From: Bdellovibrionota bacterium
GTDB taxonomy: Bacteria > Bdellovibrionota_C > UBA2361 > JBGSMV01
NCBI GenBank assembly: GCA_044356455.1
Contig: JBIKWF010000006.1
Coordinates: forward strand, 1 to 64,000
Length of the DNA stretch: 64,000 bases
Direction of reading: 5' to 3'
In this document: positions 1 to 9,270 of the stretch, in pieces
Numbering within the stretch: position 1 is the stretch's first letter
Layout: each line of letters starts with the position of its first letter
The notes under the pieces: model-generated
Database searches by the model: none
What the model saw: the letters and a program-made list of their open reading frames with translations, nothing else
Told to the model about the DNA's origin: nothing
Position numbers and translations under genes: made by a program

Positions 1-211
1 GCCACCACAGAGGATAATTGCAAATACGCATCTCAACATAGAATTTCAGCAGATACATTCTAAGGTGAAGAACAGCAAACACTCACAAGTTTACGCCCCA
101 CACTGTACTTCTAACCCGGCACCGAATCCAGCGGAGCGCATATTTGGTGGAGCGGTTGCTCTCCTTACGGCAAATTAGCAACTTTTCACGAAATTCATCG
201 ATAAGCTCAAC

Positions 212-745
212 ATGGAATCATTGACGTCTGATCAACTAGGTAATTTAGTCCTCTTAATTCGGGGGCGAAAAGTGATGTTGTCTATGCACTTAGCAGAGCT
301 TTACGAAGTTGAAGTTCGCGCCCTCACACAGGCTGTCAAAAGAAATCTAGACCACTTCCCCGAAGATTTTATGTTCCAATTGACCTCAGAGGAGGTCGAC
401 TCTTTAAGATCACAAAATGTGATCTTGAACATCGGCAAAAGAGGTCACAATATCAAATACTTGCCCTATGCATTCACGCAAGAAGGGATAGCAATGCTTT
501 CGAGCGTGCTGAAGAGTTCTCGAGCTGTCCTAGTGAATATTGCAATCATGCGGACCTTCGTGAGGCTGCGTGAACTGATGAGTTCTCATCACGAACTTGC
601 GCAAAAGATTGAGTCTCTCGAGCGGCGCTACGACGGCCAGTTCAAGGTGGTATTTAACAGTATTCGTAAATTGATTGATGCTCAACCAAAGGAACTGTTG
701 CGCGTGCCACCCTCTAAAGCAAAAATCGGCTTTGGCAGGGATTAG
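212..745 (+). CDS. ORF6N (KilA-N-like) domain DNA-binding protein
   Basis: IRGRKVML..LAELYEV...L.QAVKRN..FPEDFMFQL and PYAFTQEGIAMLSSVL are characteristic ORF6N motifs; ends in KIGF. Confidence 0.9.
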   Translation: MESLTSDQLGNLVLLIRGRKVMLSMHLAELYEVEVRALTQAVKRNLDHFPEDFMFQLTSEEVDSLRSQNVILNIGKRGHNIKYLPYAFTQEGIAMLSSVLKSSRAVLVNIAIMRTFVRLRELMSSHHELAQKIESLERRYDGQFKVVFNSIRKLIDAQPKELLRVPPSKAKIGFGRD

Positions 746-748
746 TAA

Positions 749-836
749 GGATAACAGTATGCATTCTAAACGACGCGCCCGAGTCCTCAAGGACTAAGGC
801 AGGACTGTATTCGCGTCTGTTTAGAATATGTTGAAC
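749..836 (-). mobile_element. Degenerate attC-like recombination site
   Basis: On the minus strand it starts with GTTCAAC (RYYYAAC). Imperfect palindrome ATTCTAAAC[A]GACGCG / CGCGTCGTTTAGAAT, ending in GTTATCC. Spacer lengths are non-canonical. Confidence 0.5.
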
Positions 837-1237
837 GAATCGGGACTGCCAGAGAAGCCGTATTTGCGCGCGACTTGGCTCTATGGAGAAAGTAAATGGA
901 CTGCCACTTCGATAAGCGGCAACTAACTGAGTTCACTTGGGGCCGCTCTCCACACGGTACATCTATCGATACACCGCCGCGCACGAATGCCTCACTATTC
1001 AGCCTGCCGGCCCAAGTGCGTAGGAGTGTACCTCTGTTACCAACGAGTTCAAGAAAAGAGTTTCTCGAATATCCGGACCCGCAGTGGCTCTCGGCACCAT
1101 GCCGCGATGGGAACCTTCGCTGCACTACGCAAGCCATTGATTCTTTCTATTGGAGCAGTGAGCAAATCAAAGAACATCACGCCGAATAGATCCGGTCGCG
1201 CTCGACCCTCTTTACCTCCGCGCTTCAGCGCTGACTC

Positions 1238-1308
1238 GTTCAACGGCGTAAGCCACCGGCACGAATCCACTCGGCGGTCGTGTCGTCCGGTGGGCTTGAT
1301 TATTAGCT
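1238..1308 (-). mobile_element. attC site (integron cassette recombination site)
   Basis: Minus strand AGCTAAT-AATCA-AGC[C]CACCGG[A]C...GCCGGTGGCT-TACGCC-GTTGAAC. It has canonical spacers, both extrahelical bases and a GTTRRRY core; the upstream gene's stop codon lies in R''. R'' reads AAT instead of AAC. Confidence 0.75.
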
Positions 1309-1797
1309 GGCTAATAACTCCAATTCAGCCGCGAGATGGGCTGCTGCACCAGCGACCGCACTAGCCCGCAGAAGGCCTTCGCTGACTCCGAAACCGGAAA
1401 GGTCAAGTCTCCGAGCCCCAGGCAACTCGGGTATTGACTCTCCCCCGGCACGTACCTCTTGAAAATTTGGCGTTCCCATTTCAATATTCGGAATTACATT
1501 AAGCAAGGTACCCGCAACATACTCTGCGAGTATTAATGGGCTCTTTCGCTTATCCGCTGGTGACTTTTCAGAGTGAATACCCGGAGTGATACCGAATTCA
1601 CGGATTGCGTCCGCAGCCTTCGACAATGGAGTCACGAAGTGATGTGCTTGTTCTCGTGGCGATTTATCATAAGCAATTAGGATTCTTAGAAGCGAAATAC
1701 AGGCATCCCGCAGCTGAATCGTTTTAGGATTCGGATCATTTCTGAAATAATCCAATCCCGGTCGATACTTGTCTGTTGGTTGAGCATGTTGTGCCAT
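1303..1797 (-). CDS. Hypothetical protein, probable gene-cassette ORF
   Basis: ATG at 1797 is preceded by GGGAG; TAA stop lies inside the attC R'' site; AT-richer than the core genes. Confidence 0.6.
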   Translation of the reverse strand: MAQHAQPTDKYRPGLDYFRNDPNPKTIQLRDACISLLRILIAYDKSPREQAHHFVTPLSKAADAIREFGITPGIHSEKSPADKRKSPLILAEYVAGTLLNVIPNIEMGTPNFQEVRAGGESIPELPGARRLDLSGFGVSEGLLRASAVAGAAAHLAAELELLAS

Positions 1798-1912
1798 TCT
1801 TACACTCCCAGATAATCCATAGACTGTTATGCAACAGAGCAATTGAATGTACCTTCGATATTGCTCACCGATATTGCTCACAAAAAAAGTTACCGAAAAG
1901 GGTGTCTAAGAA

Positions 1913-2180
1913 GTATCCGTCCCTTAAGCCCCAGGCTTGGCAACAACTTTCCATTTGTTTGGGAGAGGCGTGGCAAGGTCAGGCTCTGTTCGTGCGTCAA
2001 GTCGTGGCAGTATATCATTGAAATACTGGTAGATGTTTACCTTGTTGAGCCTGCATAAGTAGATGAGAGAAAAGAAGATGGCAGCGCACATGGCTCCTTC
2101 GCGAGGGCCAGCAAACATCCAATTTTTCGGCCATGTGCGACAGGTCGCATCTGGTTCTCGATGAGGTTGTTGTCGAGAGC
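1913..2180 (-). pseudogene. IS66-family transposase (TnpC) 3' remnant with right end
   Basis: LDNNLIENQMRPVAHGRK, then a 1-nt frameshift to NWMFAGPREGA..AAIFFSLI..CRLN.VN.YQY..DILPRL. GTATCCGTCC at 1913 resembles an IS66 terminus. Confidence 0.85.
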
Positions 2181-2248
2181 AACAGCTGGAGGGACGCTCG
2201 TGGGTGGCACTAACGCCTCCACACCCGTTTCTCCGTACGACTTAACTG

Positions 2249-2659
2249 CTAAACACCTGTGGATGCCGGAATCTCCGTGCCTCTTACTATTTTCCTCACA
2301 AGAAAACTCAGAACTGCAGCGTATCCAATGAAAAGCGAGTAGGCAATAAAGAGTCCAGGTAGAGCACTCATATCGAAATTGCTGTTTCTCACCATTGGTA
2401 CGTAAAGAAACAAAGGAGATATAGCCGCCACGACAAGTATAGATATGGATTGAGACTTCAGAAACAGATGAACAGGTACCGAGAGAATAACCGCAGGAAT
2501 AGCCACAAAAAATCCAAAAAGAAAAGTACAGAGGCCTCCCATGACTACTAATAGGAAAATCGCGATCACGTACGCAAGCCTATCCAAGCATCTCGTTCTA
2601 GCCTTTCGATGCAATGCTATAGCGACAATTAGAAGAATCAGTAGAGGAATTAAGATCAT
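2249..2659 (-). CDS. Hypothetical multi-pass membrane protein
   Basis: 136-aa ORF that is almost entirely hydrophobic; AT-rich. Confidence 0.6.
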   Translation of the reverse strand: MILIPLLILLIVAIALHRKARTRCLDRLAYVIAIFLLVVMGGLCTFLFGFFVAIPAVILSVPVHLFLKSQSISILVVAAISPLFLYVPMVRNSNFDMSALPGLFIAYSLFIGYAAVLSFLVRKIVRGTEIPASTGV

Positions 2660-2680
2660 GGTTGGTGATTAAATGCGCGG

Positions 2681-3706
2681 CTAAAGAATGGTAATCGCAA
2701 ACCGCCCCTCAAACGTGCAAAGCGTCGCCTCTGCAACTTTTTCACCGTTGATAACCACCGCCACGGTATCGTTTGCCACCACCCCCGTATCCCAAAAGGC
2801 GCCGGACTGAGAGAGCTCTGCCATCTGCATGCCATCCATACGAAACACGGCAGCAGCAACTGAAAGGCGCGTAGTACCTTCAGGCAAAGAATTGGCGGGA
2901 AGAGGTCCTGGCACTACTTCAAACCCAAGACGACCCTGAATGTCACACAGACGCCCCGGCATCCACGGTTTCCCCGCAAAGCGAATAATAACTTGATCGG
3001 TGATTGGAACTTCAAGATCGACTACTGAGCCTGGCTTGAGGTAGTCGACAAGCATCGCAGGCGGAACGGCAAGCTGCGCAATCTCTAAGTGCACATCCCC
3101 TTCCCCTTCGTTAGCCCTCGAGCCAGAGCGAATTTGACGTCGCCAGAGGCTGTCGAGTCTTTCTACCAAGGATTTTCCGAGAGCAAGCCAAATCGCGCAG
3201 TTGCTACGCTGAACTTCAACGTTAATCTTAACCACTCCGGCAGGATCAATGGTGAACGCATCCTTTTCCGACTCAAAGCGCACGACGGAGGATTCAGGTC
3301 CACTCCATGAGGACTCAAGGCTCACCAAAAGGCGGCGCGCGAGATACTCGGCGACCACTCCTGAAGCTTCTGAACTCCCTCCGGGAACCACCGCCTCAAG
3401 AACAACACCTGCTGAAATATCATCGAGGAAGATACCCAAGGCCTCGTCATCAACACTGCAGTAGAACCCAGTCGCAAGTCCCTTCGGCAAGGACAGTGCC
3501 GGCTTCACTTCGAGCATTTTGAAATCAACGCCGAGTGAATGCGCGAGCGGGAGCCAGTGCGCAGGGAACGCGGGAAACCATTTTTCCGGTCTACAACGCA
3601 GGAAACCACGCGAAAGCTTTGCTTCCTGACTATCAACCTTCTTCAGCGACCGACGCGGATCCCACGTGGTGAGCGCTGGGGTTATTTCGTCACTACTCTC
3701 CTGCAT
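2681..3706 (-). CDS. SctQ/FliM-FliN-like C-ring (SpoA domain) protein
   Basis: Two C-terminal SpoA-like segments (LKPGSVVDL..GRLCDIQGRLGFEV; V.VVINGEKVAEATLCTFEGRFAITI); same operon as the SctJ-like gene. Confidence 0.75.
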   Translation of the reverse strand: MQESSDEITPALTTWDPRRSLKKVDSQEAKLSRGFLRCRPEKWFPAFPAHWLPLAHSLGVDFKMLEVKPALSLPKGLATGFYCSVDDEALGIFLDDISAGVVLEAVVPGGSSEASGVVAEYLARRLLVSLESSWSGPESSVVRFESEKDAFTIDPAGVVKINVEVQRSNCAIWLALGKSLVERLDSLWRRQIRSGSRANEGEGDVHLEIAQLAVPPAMLVDYLKPGSVVDLEVPITDQVIIRFAGKPWMPGRLCDIQGRLGFEVVPGPLPANSLPEGTTRLSVAAAVFRMDGMQMAELSQSGAFWDTGVVANDTVAVVINGEKVAEATLCTFEGRFAITIL

Positions 3707-4007
3707 GAGCTACTAGTTCCTCTTCCAATAAAGACTTACGTTCCTCGGCTCTCGCAACTTCTCGGGCCGCCTCTCCGCGCTCCTTGAGGCGCTTCTCAAG
3801 CTCCTCTCGCAGTTGCCGTCTGCGCGCATCTGCCTGCATCACTGCTCGGGCATGACCCGTGCGGACGGCTCGCCCAGGATCAAACTGGTCGAGCGAGAAC
3901 CTAATCCCCGTAATTACCTGGTCGATTCCTGCCAGCGCCGCTTCACGGCGTCTGAGCTCTTGAACGACCGACTGCAATTCGCGCTCGAGATCTTCTTTTT
4001 CACTCAC
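3693..4007 (-). CDS. Coiled-coil protein, SctO/FliJ-like
   Basis: 104-aa charged helical protein overlapping both neighbours in the T3SS-like operon. Confidence 0.5.
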   Translation of the reverse strand: MSEKEDLERELQSVVQELRRREAALAGIDQVITGIRFSLDQFDPGRAVRTGHARAVMQADARRRQLREELEKRLKERGEAAREVARAEERKSLLEEELVAHAGE

Positions 4008-4225
4008 CTCATTTCCTTCAGCGCATCTCTGAGAAGTGTTCCTACAAGCGGCATACGCAGCTCTGGCTCCACTCCTGCAAGATCAAGCGCCGCTCGCTTA
4101 AGCCCCTGACCATTCACTGAGTCATTCTCAAGATACATGCCCGCCTCACGCCCATCGAGAAGGACGGCTACTGCCACGAGGGCTCTTTGACGCGGGCTTA
4201 AACTTCGAAATCGCTGAGCATCCAT
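4004..4225 (-). CDS. Small FliG N-terminal-like / SctK-position protein
   Basis: LSPRQRALVAVAVLL resembles the FliG N-terminal helix; directly follows the SctJ-like gene with an ATGA/GTGA-type overlap downstream. Confidence 0.45.
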   Translation of the reverse strand: MDAQRFRSLSPRQRALVAVAVLLDGREAGMYLENDSVNGQGLKRAALDLAGVEPELRMPLVGTLLRDALKEMR

Positions 4226-4228
4226 AGA

Positions 4229-5158
4229 CTATGCACCCTCCTTAGGGGGCTCCGGGAGTTCTCGCTTGGTCCTTTCAGGCCGCCCTTGGGGCAGTCGCTT
4301 CTGAGACGAAAGTCCCTGACTCGGCGCCTGAGTAGCTACGCGGGCTGCCATAAGGGCATGACCTATGAGCACCCCGAAGCCAAATACGAGCACCACGCCA
4401 AGCAAGATTCCTCCCGCGAGACTATCGTATTCGTCATCAGGAACGCGCCAGAACCAAAGAAACTGAGTCAACGGCACCTTACGAATCGCGCCATAGAGAT
4501 CGCGCTCCAACCCCTGCGAAATAGCGACGACACCCGAACCTGGGCGTGAAGAGTTTGAATCTCCTTGGCCGCCGCCAGGGGCATCCAGATAGAGCTGCAC
4601 TTTAATCTGATCGGCGGAGATACCAGGCAGACCTTGAGCGAGCATTGATCGCACGTCTTCCTCTCGCACCGTGCTCCCCTGCCGTACTCGCACAATTCCA
4701 GAAACTCCCGCCTGGGCTGCCCCTCCAAAGAGCTCAGACGAGGCTGAATTAAGCCGCACCACCACACGCGCCTGACTTATTCCAGGGTGATTCTGAAGGG
4801 CTTCCTCAAGCTCCGCGGCAAGCGCTCTATCAATACGTAGCGCTTCTACCTCACGAGAATCAGGCATGAGACCACGCTGCGCCACCATCTCGCCAAAGGA
4901 ACTGCGCGGCGCCGAAGGAAGCCCTAGCTCATGAAGCAAGGCCATGCCTTCAGAGTAGGAAGAGCGGCGTACCTCGACACGGTACTTCCCTCTCCCTCCG
5001 GTCTCCTTCTCTACCACGGCGCTAATTCCGCGGCTCACGAGCTCCGCAACAATCTCCCCTGCTTGGTCCTGCGTGAGATCGTCGCGCAGCGTCACTGTGT
5101 TGCACCCACAAAGTGCAAGACACAGGAGAACAATCAGGAGGTAACGCAGAATTCGCAT
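4229..5158 (-). CDS. sctJ: SctJ/YscJ (FliF-like) inner-membrane ring lipoprotein
   Basis: Lipobox LCGC; L..DL.Q.QA.EI...L...GI.A; GLP.....FGEM....GL.P....E; AL..ELE..L...PGI.QARV; C-terminal transmembrane helix. Confidence 0.85.
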   Translation of the reverse strand: MRILRYLLIVLLCLALCGCNTVTLRDDLTQDQAGEIVAELVSRGISAVVEKETGGRGKYRVEVRRSSYSEGMALLHELGLPSAPRSSFGEMVAQRGLMPDSREVEALRIDRALAAELEEALQNHPGISQARVVVRLNSASSELFGGAAQAGVSGIVRVRQGSTVREEDVRSMLAQGLPGISADQIKVQLYLDAPGGGQGDSNSSRPGSGVVAISQGLERDLYGAIRKVPLTQFLWFWRVPDDEYDSLAGGILLGVVLVFGFGVLIGHALMAARVATQAPSQGLSSQKRLPQGRPERTKRELPEPPKEGA

Positions 5159-5184
5159 CGGGATATCCGTTTCCCTTTTTACGG

Positions 5185-6639
5185 TTATTTAGCTCCAGGA
5201 GCCGTAATGAGGCATACCATAAACTCAATTTCACCAAGGCGCAGCCAGTCACCATGCTCAATCTTCACCGCGTCGGTAACGCGCTGGAAACCTTCTTGTC
5301 CCTTGCGCTTAACCCACACGCCGCGATCGCTCATCAAGTCCTGAACTCTGAGCCCCTCTCCTACACCCACTGCGACGAGGGCATGAGGCGTCGAGATGGA
5401 AGGGTCATCCAGGACCACGTCATGCGGCTTTAAAGGCGAGCCAGTGAAGAAAAAGCGTCCCTCACGAAGCTCTGAGGCAGTCCCTCGAGGATCCGAGTAG
5501 CTTACAAGCCAACCAACAAGTCGGCCGGTATGCGCTTGAGCAAACTCAACATTGCCCTGGGATTCACGTCCCTGACGCTGATCCCCTTGGCGCTGCTCAC
5601 GAGGATGCTGTTCACGAGAGTGCTGTTCGCGGGCCTCGGGCCTGCGAGCGCCCTGAGAGGCAGCTGAAACTTGAGGAGAAGCGGTTGAGCGATCCGGTCG
5701 CTGATCGCCGCGAGCCTGTTGACCACGGCCTTCCTCTTGGCGAGAGGAGCTCTGCTGTGGAGATCTTCCCTGCTCGGAACGACCCTGCTCTTGGCGACTC
5801 TGTTCTTGGCGACCCTGCTCGGGTCGTCGCTGATCTTGGCGAGTCTCGGAGCGAGCGGCGCCTCCCGAGGGCGCACTATTTCCACGGCTCTGCCGATCAC
5901 GAGAAGCATTTTCACGCGGGCTTGGAACCTGAGTCCAACCACTTTCTTCACCCGCGGCACTTCCCGCTTTTGGCTCCTCTTCACGACCACGCCCGCTTCC
6001 GAACGAAAGGTTCGAAGGCTTGTTGGCCTTGCGCGGACCTGTCTCAATAATTACTCGAGGCTGAGCTTCCGCACTGCGCGGCTCCGTTGCTTTGGCCTCT
6101 GGAGCTACCGCAGTTGGTTCACGAGGCTTTTCAGCCGCGAGCGGCCGAGCCTCTTCGGCATGCGACGCGGAAGTACCGTTACCCGCAGGCTCCTCAGCAT
6201 CAATTTCTTGAATATAGGCACTGAGAGGATCATCATCTCGCTCTGACGCACTGGAAGAAGCAGCGCCAGAAAAGAGACCTGCCTCCGCCCCAGACGAGTC
6301 GGCCACAGGAGACTCAGCCGCAGAAGCTGCCTCAAGCAGGGGTTCCGTAGCACCCAACCCCTCAGACTCCGCCGATGCCTCAAGAGCACTTGCGCCCGTC
6401 TCGCCCGCCATCTCTTGGCGAATAAGACCGGCTGCTGCTGAAAGATCGCTACCTGAAACTGAGGTGGTTCTTTGCCGCACTCGTCCGCTCTTGGGAGAAT
6501 CACGCGGCGGTTCGTCAACCTTCTGCGCAGCGGCATCAAGAGTCGCCCCGCACATACGGCAACGAGTAGAAACAGCCGGGACAAGACTACGGCACGCTGG
6601 GCAACGAACAAATGTTAATTCAGTGCTATCGGTTGACAT
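5185..6639 (-). CDS. Zinc-ribbon + long disordered linker + C-terminal degenerate FHA domain protein
   Basis: N-terminal CPAC..CRMC; E/Q/R-rich repeats (EQGRS); LVGWLV...ISTPHA...DLMSDRGVWV...GDWLRLG. Confidence 0.8.
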   Translation of the reverse strand: MSTDSTELTFVRCPACRSLVPAVSTRCRMCGATLDAAAQKVDEPPRDSPKSGRVRQRTTSVSGSDLSAAAGLIRQEMAGETGASALEASAESEGLGATEPLLEAASAAESPVADSSGAEAGLFSGAASSSASERDDDPLSAYIQEIDAEEPAGNGTSASHAEEARPLAAEKPREPTAVAPEAKATEPRSAEAQPRVIIETGPRKANKPSNLSFGSGRGREEEPKAGSAAGEESGWTQVPSPRENASRDRQSRGNSAPSGGAARSETRQDQRRPEQGRQEQSRQEQGRSEQGRSPQQSSSRQEEGRGQQARGDQRPDRSTASPQVSAASQGARRPEAREQHSREQHPREQRQGDQRQGRESQGNVEFAQAHTGRLVGWLVSYSDPRGTASELREGRFFFTGSPLKPHDVVLDDPSISTPHALVAVGVGEGLRVQDLMSDRGVWVKRKGQEGFQRVTDAVKIEHGDWLRLGEIEFMVCLITAPGAK

Positions 6640-6787
6640 AACGTCACTCCACCATTTCCTAAAAAAACCTTCTCTACATAGGCACTAGAAGGCTTTGCTT
6701 CTTTTGCCTACAAACCTATTGCTTCTCAGATCCCTACTCAACTTGAACTTCTTACTACCTCGGGGAGACTCAAAATCCCTCTTTCCT

Positions 6788-8131
6788 CTACCGCACCATT
6801 CCCCAAATCAAACTAAACAGCACCCCCGTTAAGACCGCAAATATGGCAAACATAAGGACCGCAATGAGGCGCCCCACCACGGTAAGATTGCTGTAGTATT
6901 CAACCATGTACCCACCAAAGGACCCCTTACTTTCTGAGTCTTCAGGGGGGCGAATTCTACGAGCGCTTGACCCCTCATACTTACGCTCCCCAGGTGCCTC
7001 AGCGCTTTTGACCGCCCTCTCCCCTGCGGGAGGAGGTTGAAAGGTGAAAAGCGCGCCGGAAGAGGCTGCGAACTCGCGCTCCTGAGACTCGTTGAAGCAA
7101 ATTGCCACCGTCACTCCGCCACCGAAGTCGAATACACGCGGCGAGCCTGTAATCTGCATAATCTCGCCTTTGCGCAGGACACCCTGCTCATGTCCGGTTC
7201 CGTTGGTGCTCGTATCTTGAACGGTGAGAGCTCCCGTCTTGGACATGGCGATAGTGCAATGTCGGCGCGATACGTGAGGAGCTCCTAACCACATGTCACA
7301 TCCAGGATCACGGCCCACCACGAGTGACATACCAGGAGCGAGTGCCAGACGTGCGGGACGCGCCACCTCTGAGGCTGAAGTAACTGCCGGATAGCGCCGC
7401 TCTGCTGAGGGGGAGCGTTTCGCTGGATCGCTTGTCGGGGTGATCGCCTGCTCAAGCTGCTCATGCGCAGCAACTCCAATCAGAGTTACCTCGCGCCCCA
7501 GAATAATGGGAGTGCCAGGCTGCACATTCATGCGGCCCGATATCTGCTGATGATTGACGAATGTTCCGTTCGTAGATCCGAGGTCTTCAATCCAAAATTC
7601 TCCGCCCTCGTACCCAAGGCGCGCATGCTTCGCCGAGATATCTGCATTGTCGAGCCGGAGCGGGCACTGTTTTGAACGGCCAATAAAGAGAGGTTGATCC
7701 GGAACGAAAGATACCACCATCGGAGGGGCCCCGCGTACGACTACGGCAGGAAACACAGGCCCTACGGAGCTGCACGATTGCCGCAAGACTCGCACTCCTG
7801 CACGATCCGGAGGTTCTGTTTCGCGAAGGAGCAGATCAAAATCGAGCGCAGTTACATGCAAGCGCACCGAACCAAGATCAATATCGGCTTCACCATCATA
7901 GGTGCCCTCAAGTACTGCAGGAAGCGTGGACTCATCGCCTGAGGAAGTTGGCTTGCAACGAAATTTGCGCCCGAGATCGCGCACGAGCCGCAATTGGCAG
8001 CCGATCGCCTTCAGGTCCTCAACCACGACATGTGCGTAGTCAGAGGAACCCACCACCCCTTGCGGTCGGCGAATGAAGATCATCTCAGGCTGAGAGACTC
8101 CATCTTGGAAGCTAATCTCTAAGGCGAACAT
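6788..8131 (-). CDS. Multi-FHA domain membrane-anchored protein
   Basis: Two intact FHA motifs (IGRS..ISAKHA..STNGT; VGRD..VSRRHC..STNGT), a degenerate FHA-like N-terminus and a single C-terminal transmembrane helix. Confidence 0.85.
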   Translation of the reverse strand: MFALEISFQDGVSQPEMIFIRRPQGVVGSSDYAHVVVEDLKAIGCQLRLVRDLGRKFRCKPTSSGDESTLPAVLEGTYDGEADIDLGSVRLHVTALDFDLLLRETEPPDRAGVRVLRQSCSSVGPVFPAVVVRGAPPMVVSFVPDQPLFIGRSKQCPLRLDNADISAKHARLGYEGGEFWIEDLGSTNGTFVNHQQISGRMNVQPGTPIILGREVTLIGVAAHEQLEQAITPTSDPAKRSPSAERRYPAVTSASEVARPARLALAPGMSLVVGRDPGCDMWLGAPHVSRRHCTIAMSKTGALTVQDTSTNGTGHEQGVLRKGEIMQITGSPRVFDFGGGVTVAICFNESQEREFAASSGALFTFQPPPAGERAVKSAEAPGERKYEGSSARRIRPPEDSESKGSFGGYMVEYYSNLTVVGRLIAVLMFAIFAVLTGVLFSLIWGMVR

Positions 8132-8437
8132 TAACCCTCGGTCGAACTAAACCTTCGCAAACTTATCGTGTCGACTCTATCTATCGGACGAAAACCAATA
8201 AAACTACTTCCTTGACCATATTTTAGAGTGAAAAGAAAAAATTCCGATCCACGTATTTACTAAGACACCACGTTTCAGTAACGCCGTTTCACTAAGTTTG
8301 GCATCGCAAATAGAATCCTATCATCGTACATAGTGAATAGAACTGCAGCCCCAAGCGAAGATACTGCATTTGGCAAATGTGTTCACGCAGCACAGCTTGT
8401 CTTGGGTGGCTTGCCTGTTGCTTTGAGGAGCATCCCT

Positions 8438-8800
8438 GTGTCCAAAAAAATCTTAATTATCGACGACGATGTAACCGCCCTCGATATTGTTGACTTTCTC
8501 TTTGAGGACCAGGGCTTTGAAGTCGTACGCCGTGCGGACGGATTTGCGGCTCTCGAGTGCATTGAGAAGGAGCGCCCCGACGCGGTGCTGGTTGACTTGA
8601 TGATGCCCCGCATGAACGGACAAGAGACCGTACGCCATATTCGCGGCAAAGGTATCAAGGTTCCTATTGTTGCGTTTACCGCCCTGGATGATCCAGAAGT
8701 CCACAAAGAAGCACGCGAAGCTGGGTGTGATCTCGTGCTCACCAAGCCCTGCAAACCTGCCGTTCTCGTGAAGCATATCGAAGAGTTACTTGCGCAGTAA
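8438..8800 (+). CDS. Single-domain response regulator (CheY-like)
   Basis: KKILIIDDD...VDLMMP..NG...FTA...KP; GTG start preceded by GAGGAG. Confidence 0.9.
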   Translation: MSKKILIIDDDVTALDIVDFLFEDQGFEVVRRADGFAALECIEKERPDAVLVDLMMPRMNGQETVRHIRGKGIKVPIVAFTALDDPEVHKEAREAGCDLVLTKPCKPAVLVKHIEELLAQ

Positions 8801-8819
8801 CGCGCTGACTAATGCCGAG

Positions 8820-8949
8820 GGAACCCGTTAAAAACCCCCATTCTTAATAAACCTCTGCGTACCTCCGCGTCCTCTGTGGTGAATTTCTACATTAAAATTT
8901 CACCACAAAGGACACAGAGGTAAACAGAGGTGAATTCTTCAAAGATTCC
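8820..8949. mobile_element. Palindromic MITE, copy 1
   Basis: GGAACC...GATTCC ends; internal CCTCTGTGGTGAA / TTCACCACAAAGG hairpin; abuts the stop codon of the FHA gene. Confidence 0.8.
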
Positions 8950-9270
8950 CTAAGCTTCAAAGCGCAGGAAGAGCGCACCGACGTTAACCTCATCTCCTTC
9001 TTTCAAAGCGAGAGGCTTGCCGCGCTCCACGCGTACAGTTCGATTGAGAAAGGTACCATTGAGGCTACCGAGGTCTTCCACCGTAACAGCATTTCCCGAC
9101 ACTCGAATCATTGCGTGTTTGCGAGAAATTTTCGCCTCTGTATCTTCCGCTTCGAGATCTATCTCTGGAAATGCCGCATCCTCGGGGTCCCAGCGACCTA
9201 TCAGGTTGGTGCCTTCAACGAGTTCAAATTCCCTTCCCTTGGCACTCCCGTTCATAAGAACCAATCGCAT
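8950..9270 (-). CDS. Stand-alone FHA domain protein
   Basis: IGRW...ISRKHA...EDLGSLNGT; ATG at 9270 preceded by GGAGG. Confidence 0.9.
   Translation of the reverse strand: MRLVLMNGSAKGREFELVEGTNLIGRWDPEDAAFPEIDLEAEDTEAKISRKHAMIRVSGNAVTVEDLGSLNGTFLNRTVRVERGKPLALKEGDEVNVGALFLRFEA

Noticed and set aside
787..1270. Overlapping short ORFs inside the first cassette
   Set aside because: None fits the cassette boundaries or resembles a known family; probably a decayed gene
8181..8215. Sigma-28 promoter upstream of the multi-FHA gene
   Set aside because: The -10-like TCCGATAG is present but there is no convincing -35 at the right spacing
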